33,077 bases of DNA, from NCBI GenBank assembly GCA_034717975.1, contig JAYEMF010000118.1, positions 1 through 33,077 of the forward strand, in the 5' to 3' direction. The position numbers and the translations under genes are program-made. Of the stretch, positions 1 through 8,220 are shown one piece after another (the stretch's first letter is position 1; every line of letters begins with the position of its first letter). Source of the stretch: Campylobacterota bacterium. GTDB lineage: Bacteria > Campylobacterota > Campylobacteria > Campylobacterales > Sulfurimonadaceae. The notes under the pieces are model-generated. The model worked only from the letters and a program-made list of their open reading frames with translations, was not told the DNA's origin and made no database searches.

Positions 1-687
1 GATATGCTGCATGCTTTCAAGCTCTTCGGCCGAAACGGGCTGCTCGATCAGGGTGATGTTCAGATCGCTGATGGCTTCAATGATCTCCAAGGTTTCCGCT
101 TCGCTCCATGCCTGATTGGCATCAATCAGAAGCTCGGCATCGGGCAGAGCTCTACGAACAGCACGAATACGGTCACTGTCCTTCCCATCTTTACCGCCGA
201 CTTTGATCTTTAAAATATCAAATCCACTCCTTATCGCCTTTTCAGCATCTTTCGCCATCTGTTCCGGTGCGTTCAGGCTGATCGTGACATCAGTGCTCAG
301 GGGATGCTGCCGGCCACCGAGATAGGTATAGAGGGGTTGATCGGCTTTTTTGGCAAAGAGGTCATAGAGGGCGATGTCGACAGCGGCTTTGGCACTGCTG
401 TTACTTTTACAGCTTGCGTGCAAAACTTCCTGGGCCTCATCTATGGAGTGAAACGGATGGTGCAGCAGGCATGGTGCGATAAGTTCACGGATGGTCAATG
501 TGATACTCTCCTGGTCTTCACCTGTGATCGCTTTGGTCGGAGGGGCTTCACCGATTCCGCACAGTCCCTCTTCGGCAAAGAGTGTAACGCGTACAAATTC
601 GACGGCATTAACATGGCGAAGGGCAGTGATAAAAGGGGTTTTTAACGGAATGGACTCTTCTGTTATCTGCATATCGACAATAGTCAT
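1..687 (-). CDS. L-Ala-D/L-Glu epimerase (enolase superfamily dipeptide epimerase), runs off the window start
   Basis: Absent from the ORF track. My translation from the ATG at 687 (ATGA overlap with the upstream gene's stop) gives MTIVDMQITEESIPLKTPFITALRHV...GIGEAPPTKAITGE, then ILKIKVG (KxK motif), LIDANQAW and IEQP, typical of the YkfB/YcjG family. Confidence 0.9.
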   Translation of the reverse strand, partial: MTIVDMQITEESIPLKTPFITALRHVNAVEFVRVTLFAEEGLCGIGEAPPTKAITGEDQESITLTIRELIAPCLLHHPFHSIDEAQEVLHASCKSNSSAKAAVDIALYDLFAKKADQPLYTYLGGRQHPLSTDVTISLNAPEQMAKDAEKAIRSGFDILKIKVGGKDGKDSDRIRAVRRALPDAELLIDANQAWSEAETLEIIEAISDLNITLIEQPVSAEELESMQHI

Positions 688-1817
688 GCGGCGATCCATT
701 GCAAAGTGTACCCGACCAGAAGGCCGCCGAAAGTACCGATGAGGTAGCCCATAATGGCCATTAAAACGGCTACCCCGATCAGGGCTCTGTTGTATGCCGC
801 AGCCAGAATGGGCGCGGAGGCGACACCGCCTATGTTGGCCAGTGAAGCGATTCCGATACTGAAAAGATCGAGTCTGAAAAGTTTGGCAGCCACGACCATG
901 ACAGTGCCATGGATGACGAGGATCAGCAGACCGGCCAAAAGATAGAGCGGGACTTCGGCAAATCCGGCGAAATCGGCACGTGAACCGATGAGTGCAACGA
1001 GAAGCAACAGCATGGTTGAAGCGATCTCGGTTGAACCGTTCATTTTGCCAAGCGGTGTATAAGCTCCGACAAGTCCGGCAAAGGTTGCGATCATCACCAT
1101 CCATGTCGTCTGGCTCAGGCCGTCAAGCTGCAGGGCGATCATCTGAGCAAGGAGAGCGACGATCAGAGAGATAATGAGCAGCAGCCAGTAACGTTTTGGC
1201 CCGATACTGCAGGCACATCCCAACTCACTGAATGTTTCACTGTTGGCCAAGGCCTTTGTCCATCGGTTGAAAGCCGGGGCCACACGGACCAGTGCCAGCA
1301 GCAGGATAACCCAAAAGGTGTAATCGACCGCATCGGTCACCAGCGCATACCCCATCATTGTCTCGCTGACATTGAGAGCTGAACCGACAGCGAGCATATT
1401 GGCGGTCCCTCCCATCCAGCTGCCGGTCAATGCGGCAAAAAGTCCCGCTTCATCCGCACTGAATCCGAAGAGCCAGAAGATGGCGAGAAAGGCTGATCCC
1501 AAGGAGATGACCGCTGTAGTGTAAGCGATCAGAAGCGGCCGCCCGAGCTTTACAAATTGACGCAGGTCGACCTGCAGCAGCATTAAAAAGAGCATAGCGG
1601 GAAGAAGGTTGTTCTTGGCGGTGGCGTAGGCTCCATTGATAAGGTCGTTCTTTATCCATAGACCCGACTGCGAAAGGATCATGGCACTCATGTAGATGAG
1701 GACGACGGCCGGCAGATAGGTAAAGAGATTTTTTGTTTTCTCCTGACGCTCCAGTATGCCAAAAAAGGCTGCGATGGTAGCGATACTGATCAGATAGAAG
1801 AGGGGTGTATCGATCAT
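684..1817 (-). CDS. DUF819 family multi-pass membrane protein (putative transporter)
   Basis: About 10 hydrophobic segments with motifs GSWMGGTANM and ASLANIGGVASAPILA. Overlaps both neighbours by 4 nt. Confidence 0.85.
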   Translation of the reverse strand: MIDTPLFYLISIATIAAFFGILERQEKTKNLFTYLPAVVLIYMSAMILSQSGLWIKNDLINGAYATAKNNLLPAMLFLMLLQVDLRQFVKLGRPLLIAYTTAVISLGSAFLAIFWLFGFSADEAGLFAALTGSWMGGTANMLAVGSALNVSETMMGYALVTDAVDYTFWVILLLALVRVAPAFNRWTKALANSETFSELGCACSIGPKRYWLLLIISLIVALLAQMIALQLDGLSQTTWMVMIATFAGLVGAYTPLGKMNGSTEIASTMLLLLVALIGSRADFAGFAEVPLYLLAGLLILVIHGTVMVVAAKLFRLDLFSIGIASLANIGGVASAPILAAAYNRALIGVAVLMAIMGYLIGTFGGLLVGYTLQWIAA

Positions 1818-2464
1818 TTACAGGGTGCAGCTTTCAGTTTGGGAAACTGAGTGCGAAGCTGATCCATAAAGCGTGCACCGGGATCATGCTTCAAGGTGCG
1901 ATAGTTGTCGTCTTTTTCCAGCCAGAGCGGATGGTCCTCAAAACAGCGATACTCATGATGGCCGACGAGATAGGTGAGGGTGGTGTGTTTTTTTGCCAGA
2001 TAGCTGATGAGATCTATATTGGCTTGCAGCTGCTCAGGAGTAAGATTGTCTACCAGCCCTTCGCCGCCGACATTTTCAATGCCGATACTGCTGTAGTTCA
2101 GCCCGATTACATGCCGTGCCATCGTGGTCTCATCCATCAGGCGATAGACCGTTCCGTCTCTGTCGACCATAAAGTGGGCTGAAACATTCAGTGCAGAGGC
2201 ATTGGCGATATCGGGCCGGTCGGTCGGGAGTGTTTCGCTGATAAAACGGGCGTAGGAGTCATCAAGGTTGTCAATGGCCGTATAGTGAATAAGGATTATC
2301 CTGGGTGTGATTGAAATGTTCTCAGGGTAAAGGCCATAATGCTCTTCAATGTATGTTTTTGTCAGAGCAGTCCGTTTCTCTGCAAAAGGGATAAGTTTGT
2401 CAGTGATTTCGACACCATTTAGGCAGGCAATGGCAATGATAGGGAGCAGAAAGAGTTTTAACAT
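1814..2464 (-). CDS. N-acetylmuramoyl-L-alanine amidase (Amidase_2/PGRP family), exported
   Basis: Signal peptide; motifs IILIHYT, SAHFMVDRDG, ARHVIGLNYSSIGIEN, VGHHE, KHDPG. Confidence 0.88.
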   Translation of the reverse strand: MLKLFLLPIIAIACLNGVEITDKLIPFAEKRTALTKTYIEEHYGLYPENISITPRIILIHYTAIDNLDDSYARFISETLPTDRPDIANASALNVSAHFMVDRDGTVYRLMDETTMARHVIGLNYSSIGIENVGGEGLVDNLTPEQLQANIDLISYLAKKHTTLTYLVGHHEYRCFEDHPLWLEKDDNYRTLKHDPGARFMDQLRTQFPKLKAAPCK

Positions 2465-2515
2465 GATGTATTGTACAGGATTTGTATGGCAAAATGGCTT
2501 TAAGGATGGTTATAG

Positions 2516-2818
2516 ATGCTCTACAACTTTCAATTCGCTTTCTGGTATCTGTTTCTCGGCGGAATACTTACCTATCTGGCATGGGGGTTTGTTGTGGCAT
2601 TTGAAATATTATTGGCGATGAACGGATCGCAATGGGCGATTGAGTGGATTCGAAAACACTACCGTTATGAAGTGCTTTACCGGGAAGTGATGGTGTTTTA
2701 TCCGATGATCTGGCTGGGTTATCTCTTTTTGGAAATTCTGCCGCATAAGCTTTTTGGTATGGAAAAGACACCGCTGAATCTCGATGCACTGTTTGAAGAG
2801 CTTTTTGAAGATAAATAA
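2516..2818 (+). CDS. Small hypothetical membrane protein
   Basis: 100-aa ORF with two hydrophobic aromatic-rich segments, divergent from the amidase operon. Confidence 0.65.
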   Translation: MLYNFQFAFWYLFLGGILTYLAWGFVVAFEILLAMNGSQWAIEWIRKHYRYEVLYREVMVFYPMIWLGYLFLEILPHKLFGMEKTPLNLDALFEELFEDK

Positions 2819-2854
2819 ACGTTGTTTAATGTGCACACTATATAATTAGAAACC

Positions 2855-3259
2855 ATGGAAAATCAAGTGAACAATCCTTTTGCGAATGTTGTATTAAGCC
2901 CTGAAGCCAAGCGCCTGGCCAATGCAATTTACAACACTTATATACAGGAAAAATATCCCTACATTGACATTCCGGTTAAACGGTTATATCAGATGTTCTG
3001 TACGGACAGTTTTACCCATTCCAAAAGTGAGTTTGAACATCTGCTTGAAATTTTTGAAGAGTTGAATGAACCTGTCGCATTGATAAATTTCAAATACGGA
3101 AGCAAGACCTACGATTGGAAAATGATACAGTTTTGCGAATTTGAGAGTGACTGGAAACCTGGGGATGAGTATGTTGAGATTCAGCTCAATGAGATGTACA
3201 TCGCTGCTATGAAAGAGTATATGGACGAGCCCTTCCTTCCGCTTGGATCAAAAGACTAA
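2855..3259 (+). CDS. Hypothetical protein resembling the WH1 domain of Rep3/RepB replication initiators
   Basis: Clean ORF with an upstream TATAAT. The pattern LSPEAKRL...IPVKRLYQMF...LLEIFEEL...YVEIQLNE recalls Rep3 N-terminal winged helices (family call is inference). Confidence 0.55.
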   Translation: MENQVNNPFANVVLSPEAKRLANAIYNTYIQEKYPYIDIPVKRLYQMFCTDSFTHSKSEFEHLLEIFEELNEPVALINFKYGSKTYDWKMIQFCEFESDWKPGDEYVEIQLNEMYIAAMKEYMDEPFLPLGSKD

Positions 3260-3269
3260 ATTAGACTTC

Positions 3270-3286
3270 TGCCTCAATAGAGGCAA
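3270..3286 (+). terminator. Short stem-loop after the 2855-3259 ORF
   Basis: TGCCTC-aata-GAGGCA inverted repeat; no strong U-tract. Confidence 0.35.
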
Positions 3287-3335
3287 GTGTGGTGTTATTC
3301 CTTTGGCATTCAAAATTAATTAAAAGGTATTTTAT

Positions 3336-4082
3336 TTGGCATCAAAATATATTATTTTAGATACAGAGACAACAGGTGCGGGGGAGAATGACCGTATTAT
3401 TCAGTTAGGCTATCTGGTACTCTCTCCGGGTGAAGCGACAGAGGTGCAGAATGAGTTCTGTTCTTCCGAGCGACCGATTGGCTACGGTGCGATGGAGGTA
3501 CACGGTATCACGCCCGAAATGATCGAGGGCAAACCTCCCTGTACGCAGATGGGGGCATACACCCGCTTGATGGAACTCAATACACCGGACAACTATATGA
3601 TCATCCATAATGCCCCTTTCGATATCGGTATGCTAGAAAAAGAGGGCTTTTCACTGGGAATGAAACTGATCGACACCCTGCGCTGTGCCAAGCATCTATA
3701 CAAAGATGAAGAGGCGCATCGGCTTCAGTATTTCCGCTACAAGATGGGGCTCTACAAAGCTGAACAGAAAGAGGCGGATGCGCTGGGGATCGAAGTCAAA
3801 GCGCACGATGCCATCGGTGATGTACTGGTACTGAAACTCTTTTTGAGTGAACTGCGTAAAACCGTCCAGGAGCAGTTTCCGGGTGAAAACCCGGTTGAGA
3901 AGATGGTCGAACTGACCAAAGAGCCGGTCTATATCACTTCGCCGCTTCGTTTTGGAAAATACAAAGGCAAGACCTTGCAGGAACTCTCTACTGAAGACCC
4001 AGGCTACCTCCGATGGATGGCAGACAAGATGGAAAGCCTTGATGAAGATATGAAATACAGTATCAATAGAGTTCTTTCATAA
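3336..4082 (+). CDS. DEDDh 3'-5' exonuclease with C-terminal FGKYKG (ExoX/DUF3820-like) domain
   Basis: ExoI LDTETTG, ExoII HNAPFD, ExoIII AHDAIGD; C-terminal LRFGKYKGKTLQEL...DPGYLRWM. TTG start. Confidence 0.88.
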   Translation: MASKYIILDTETTGAGENDRIIQLGYLVLSPGEATEVQNEFCSSERPIGYGAMEVHGITPEMIEGKPPCTQMGAYTRLMELNTPDNYMIIHNAPFDIGMLEKEGFSLGMKLIDTLRCAKHLYKDEEAHRLQYFRYKMGLYKAEQKEADALGIEVKAHDAIGDVLVLKLFLSELRKTVQEQFPGENPVEKMVELTKEPVYITSPLRFGKYKGKTLQELSTEDPGYLRWMADKMESLDEDMKYSINRVLS

Positions 4083-4121
4083 CCTCGGTTTTGTAAGAAA
4101 TTTCTGGCTTTAAAAAAGCCA

Positions 4122-4260
4122 GCTTTCACTAGAAATCATTTAGTGATTTCCAGCATCGGCCTTTAGGCCAGAAGTGCCACGTGTGTTCAGTGCCATGGGT
4201 TAGCACTGGATGTAGCGGTTAGCGTAGTTAAATGGGCTTTGCTCATTTAGCGTTCAAAAT
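4122..4260. repeat. Multi-hairpin intergenic repeat element, copy 1 (long form)
   Basis: 4122-4161 matches 17135-17174 and 4220-4260 matches 17175-17215. About 58 extra hairpin-forming bases lie between the two blocks. Confidence 0.8.
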
Positions 4261-4340
4261 AGACTCCTTGGAGCTTAAACGCTTTCCATGAACTTTAGAC
4301 ACTTCTGCCTTCTTTATCTCTCTACACTATAATTACACCC

Positions 4341-5684
4341 ATGAACTTAGATGAATTAACCGGAAAATCCATTCTTTTGCTTGGCAAGAGCCGTGCGCTT
4401 GAGCCTGAAGAGTTTACGACTCAGTTAAAAGCACACAATATAATGCGTGCCGATACCTTCAGCGATGAGGTTGCAGTAATCATCGAAGGGCGCATGATCA
4501 ATCCTATTGAGCAGGAGCAGATGGCGGAACTTTATGCTGCGCAAGCTGCACCGATCATCTCTGTTGACGAGCTTGAAGCTGCGCTATGCGAGAGTATTGA
4601 TGGCAACAAACTGATGATGAGCCTGAAACTCAGCGGGGACAGGGAACGTCTGCTTGGCTATCTGCAAAACCCGCTTATTGAAAATGCACTCTTTTTAAAA
4701 CTGCTTGGACTTTATAACTGGCAGGGTGAAGGCTTCTTTGAAAATGATGAGAACCGTGATGTCACGGCAGCCCTTATCAGCCGTTATTATGAAAATATCG
4801 AGCGTAATCATAATGTACAATATGCCAATATGGGAGTGATGCACCTGATCAATCAGACCCATGAAAGTGACCTTATCGAGAGCATTGCTATGCTTGCTCC
4901 TTTGCAAGAGGCTTTGAAAAAAGGGTGCGACAACTCGACGAAAAAAATTCTTTATGCTATTGCCCGGCACCCCGATACGGAAGAAAAAATGTTGAAAAAT
5001 TTTGTCCGCTCTGGTGATCAGGAACTAAAAGTAATTATTGCCCAGCGTGAGGGGCTGAGTGATACGATTCAGCAGCTACTCTATGAAAGCGGTGACAGAG
5101 TAGCCCATGAAGCTCTCTCATTTAACCCTTCACTTGCCTCTTCGTTGATCGATGAGCTAATGGAACTTTTTGGTGAGAATATTGCAGCATCTCTCAGACT
5201 TGATGAAACACGCTTTGAGCGCCTTGTAGAATCCAACACCTTGGCCCTGGCAGAGAACCCGTCGCTCGATTATGCGATGCAGCGCAAAATTTTCTGCTAT
5301 GCCGATGATGTCCAGGCTATCCTTGCCCAGAACAGGGGGCTAGATGAACGGATGATACAGATCTTGTACGAGACCAATAAGCCGATGACCCTTGAAGCGT
5401 TGGCCGCCAATGTCAGCACACCGGGTGAGATGCTGAAAAAACTGATCTGGAACAAAAAACTCCACCCGCTGCTTGCCGGCAATACGAGTACACCGGCAGA
5501 AGTTTTGAAAGAGCTTTTTGCCACATCTGAGCATGAGGTGTTGGAAGCATTGGCACAAAACAGCATGACACCGACCGATCTGCTCTACCAGCTGCAGGTC
5601 GATCAGCGTTATGCACGTCATGTGATGGAAAACCCGGGATTTGGTGAGCATATCCAGCGGGAAAATATCGGCTGGATGGTTTAG
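4341..5684 (+). CDS. BRCT-like N-terminal domain plus leucine-rich-variant (LRV/HEAT-like) repeat protein
   Basis: N-terminus GKSILLLG...VAVIIEG...APIISVDELE fits the BRCT pattern. Repeats of about 24 aa: ALSFNPSL, ALAENPSL, ALAANVSTPGEML, LAGNTSTPAEVL, ALAQNSMTPTDLL. Confidence 0.7.
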   Translation: MNLDELTGKSILLLGKSRALEPEEFTTQLKAHNIMRADTFSDEVAVIIEGRMINPIEQEQMAELYAAQAAPIISVDELEAALCESIDGNKLMMSLKLSGDRERLLGYLQNPLIENALFLKLLGLYNWQGEGFFENDENRDVTAALISRYYENIERNHNVQYANMGVMHLINQTHESDLIESIAMLAPLQEALKKGCDNSTKKILYAIARHPDTEEKMLKNFVRSGDQELKVIIAQREGLSDTIQQLLYESGDRVAHEALSFNPSLASSLIDELMELFGENIAASLRLDETRFERLVESNTLALAENPSLDYAMQRKIFCYADDVQAILAQNRGLDERMIQILYETNKPMTLEALAANVSTPGEMLKKLIWNKKLHPLLAGNTSTPAEVLKELFATSEHEVLEALAQNSMTPTDLLYQLQVDQRYARHVMENPGFGEHIQRENIGWMV

Positions 5685-5696
5685 CGCAAAGCGCTA

Positions 5697-5731
5697 GGGA
5701 ATAGTAAAGAGTAAAGAGGAAAGAGGGAAGA
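5697..5731 (+). repeat. Tandem purine-rich heptamers
   Basis: gggaata-gtaaaga-gtaaaga-ggaaaga-gggaaga, preceded by the hairpin TAGCGC-aaa-GCGCTA. Confidence 0.75.
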
Positions 5732-5737
5732 GAGAAA

Positions 5738-6733
5738 ATGAGAGCCAGTGAGATTACAGCCTCGTTAGAGGCGCTGATAGAACAGAAAATTCCGACTTTT
5801 CTCTGGGGCCCTCCGGGAATCGGAAAGTCCTCTATTGTAAAACAGATCGCGGAGAAGGAGTCTATCGGTTTTACTGATCTTCGTCTTTCCCTGATGGACC
5901 CGACTGATCTGAAAGGGATCCCTTTCTATGACAAGCACGATCACCAGGCGGTCTGGGCATCCCCGTCATTTTTGCCAAAAGAGGGGAGCGGCATCCTCTT
6001 CCTCGATGAGCTCAACAGTGCCCCGCCGGCTGTTCAGGCATCAGCCTATCAACTCATCCTCGATCGCCGGGTAGGGGAGTATGAACTGCCTGATGGCTGG
6101 TCCATCGTAGCTGCCGGAAATCGTGAGAGTGACCGGGGTGTAGTCTACCGTATGCCTTCACCGCTGGCCAACCGTTTTATCCACCTCGAGATGGAGGTGC
6201 ATACCGATGACTGGCGTGACTGGGCATATAGTGCGGGGATCGATGAACGCATCATTGCTTATATCGGCTATAAAAACGAGGACCTCTTTACCTTTGATCC
6301 GACCGAAAATGCGAAAAGTTTTGCGACACCCAGAAGTTGGGAGTTCGTCAACGGTGTTTTGAAGAGCCGGATCAGTGAGAAACTGCTGCTTAAAACCATT
6401 GGAGGAGCGATTGGCGAAAAGCTGGCGGTCAATTTTTTGAGTTTTGCCAAAGTGATGCATCGTCTGCCGGATCTGGAGGCTGTTTTAGAAACGGGTAGCG
6501 GCGATTACCCCGGCGAAGTGGATGTTCTTTATGCGCTGAGCTCCGGATTGGTCTCGAAACTGCTTGCCGATCCGACAGACGAACGTGTAGATAATCTTCT
6601 ACGCTATACGCTCGGACTGCAAAGTGAATTCGCCGTGATGATCGTTCAAGACCTTCAGCGGGCAGGTATCACGATGGAACACTCTGATCGTTTTGGCGAG
6701 TGGGTTGGCAAGTTCGCCTATCTTTTATCGTAA
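5738..6733 (+). CDS. MoxR-type AAA+ ATPase
   Basis: Walker A GPPGIGKS, Walker B LFLDE, sensor AAGN, arginine finger PLANRF, TPRSW. Confidence 0.9.
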   Translation: MRASEITASLEALIEQKIPTFLWGPPGIGKSSIVKQIAEKESIGFTDLRLSLMDPTDLKGIPFYDKHDHQAVWASPSFLPKEGSGILFLDELNSAPPAVQASAYQLILDRRVGEYELPDGWSIVAAGNRESDRGVVYRMPSPLANRFIHLEMEVHTDDWRDWAYSAGIDERIIAYIGYKNEDLFTFDPTENAKSFATPRSWEFVNGVLKSRISEKLLLKTIGGAIGEKLAVNFLSFAKVMHRLPDLEAVLETGSGDYPGEVDVLYALSSGLVSKLLADPTDERVDNLLRYTLGLQSEFAVMIVQDLQRAGITMEHSDRFGEWVGKFAYLLS

Positions 6734-6821
6734 AGAGGGAAGGGAAAAGTGGAAAGAGAGATGGATGGAAAGTTAAAAGAAGGTTCTGACTCCTCTTCCC
6801 ACTTTCCTCTTTCCCCTTCCC
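6730..6821. repeat. Inverted pair of heptamer arrays overlapping the ATPase stop and the vWA gene start
   Basis: gtaaaga-gggaagg-gaaaagt-ggaaaga (6730-6757) faces tcttccc-actttcc-tctttcc-ccttccc (6794-6821). Confidence 0.75.
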
Positions 6822-7981
6822 TCCAGAAAAAACTCTCTCAGGCCAAAGCCAAACTTCTGGTGGAACAGCCCTATTTCGGAACCCTCGCAAGCCGCCTTGA
6901 ACTCAAGCCCAATGATGAGATCGAATCCTTTTTAAGTGACGGTACACAGCTTGATTATAATGACCAATACCTAAACTCCCTTGAACTTGATGAGATCGGT
7001 TTTGTTTTAAGCAACGGGGCAATGCATGCGGCCCTTGCTCACGACCTTCGCCAAAAAGGACGGATGGGGTGGCTGTGGCAGTTGGCGACTGACTATGCCA
7101 TCAATGCGATGCTGGTTGAAAATGGTCAGAGTACCCCTGAACGGATCAATTACGATCCCCGCTTTGACGGGCTCTATGCGGAAGAGATCTACGCAACCTT
7201 GAAAGATGAGATCAGGAACGAAGAGTTCAACAGTGATGAGTCGAACGAGACCGGCTTTAACGAGGAGAACAGACGGCATCAAAATGAGATCAGCAATCCT
7301 GACCAACAGGAGGCAAAAGATCAAAACCGGCCGCAGATGGAGGTGGAAAATGATTACCGCCCTCAAAGCTCAGCAGCCACGGAAGAAGCCTTTGATCAGT
7401 TGATGCAGGAGATGCTCGATAAGTTTTCGCAGGAGCTTCCTGACGGACTGGAGCGGTTTATTGAGATTCCCGAAGCGGGCGTCATTGACTGGCGAAGTGA
7501 ACTGCATCACGTCCTCGACAGACACTACCGAAGCAACTACCGGACACTGCCGCCTTCCAAAAAACTTCTCTATATGGGGACCTACCTGCCGTCACTCTAT
7601 TCGGAAAAGCTCAGGCTCTCTATTGCCATTGACAGTTCTGGCTCTGTTGATGAAACATTGTTGGGGAGTTTCATGGCAGAGGTTGAGTCACTGATGCTGA
7701 CCTTTCCTGATTTTGAGATCGAACTGATCGTCTGTGATGCGAAGATCCACTCTGTCGATCGTTTTGTCAGCGGGGATAAACTTGACTGTACTTTAAAAGG
7801 CGGTGGTGCAACAGATTTTCGCCCGGTCTTTGAGCATTTGGCTGAAGAAGATACGCAACTTCTGCTCTACTTTACAGACACACAAGGACGATTTCCTGAT
7901 AAAGAACCGTTTTATGAGGTAATCTGGATCACACCTTCATCGGCCGACACTCCCTTTGGAAAACAGCTAATCATTTCTTAG
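6761..7981 (+). CDS. DUF2201-type metallopeptidase-like plus vWA domain protein (start ATG 6761 or GTG 6749)
   Basis: PYFG, WQLATDYAINAML, IDWRSEL, PPSKK, MIDAS IDSSGS, GGGATDF, YFTD; adjacent to the MoxR ATPase. Confidence 0.88.
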   Translation: MDGKLKEGSDSSSHFPLSPSLQKKLSQAKAKLLVEQPYFGTLASRLELKPNDEIESFLSDGTQLDYNDQYLNSLELDEIGFVLSNGAMHAALAHDLRQKGRMGWLWQLATDYAINAMLVENGQSTPERINYDPRFDGLYAEEIYATLKDEIRNEEFNSDESNETGFNEENRRHQNEISNPDQQEAKDQNRPQMEVENDYRPQSSAATEEAFDQLMQEMLDKFSQELPDGLERFIEIPEAGVIDWRSELHHVLDRHYRSNYRTLPPSKKLLYMGTYLPSLYSEKLRLSIAIDSSGSVDETLLGSFMAEVESLMLTFPDFEIELIVCDAKIHSVDRFVSGDKLDCTLKGGGATDFRPVFEHLAEEDTQLLLYFTDTQGRFPDKEPFYEVIWITPSSADTPFGKQLIIS

Positions 7982-8171
7982 CTTTTTCCATCTTGGCATA
8001 ACATTCATCCACCTGTCTGTCTATCAGCATATCACGGCTGCTCTCATTTCCGACACCACTGGTGATAGTGTAGAGCGTGACTCCCATAAAGAGAAGCCCG
8101 ACTGCAATGATGGCAGAGACAAGGTAGATGGTGTATTTACGTCTGTCGAGTTCCATAACGGCCTCCTTCAT
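7971..8171 (-). CDS. Small single-TM hypothetical protein
   Basis: 66 aa with one hydrophobic helix and an AAGGA RBS upstream; lies downstream of dbpA. Confidence 0.55.
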   Translation of the reverse strand: MKEAVMELDRRKYTIYLVSAIIAVGLLFMGVTLYTITSGVGNESSRDMLIDRQVDECYAKMEKAKK

Positions 8172-8220
8172 TTCCTTTATTGTAAGATGAATACCGTTAT
8201 ATCAGTATAAAAAAATCTTA

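Noticed and set aside
4..1174. Plus-strand ORFs at 4-213, 116-325, 304-645, 491-742, 754-945 and 992-1174
   Set aside because: They are antisense shadows of the epimerase and DUF819 genes, with no recognisable motifs.
4083..4340. tRNA or CRISPR array in the hairpin-rich spacer
   Set aside because: No cloverleaf with T-loop/CCA and no regularly spaced identical direct repeats.
4286..4351. Short repeat CCATGAACTT(T)AGA matching the start of the BRCT-LRV gene
   Set aside because: Only about 13 bp, too short to distinguish from chance.
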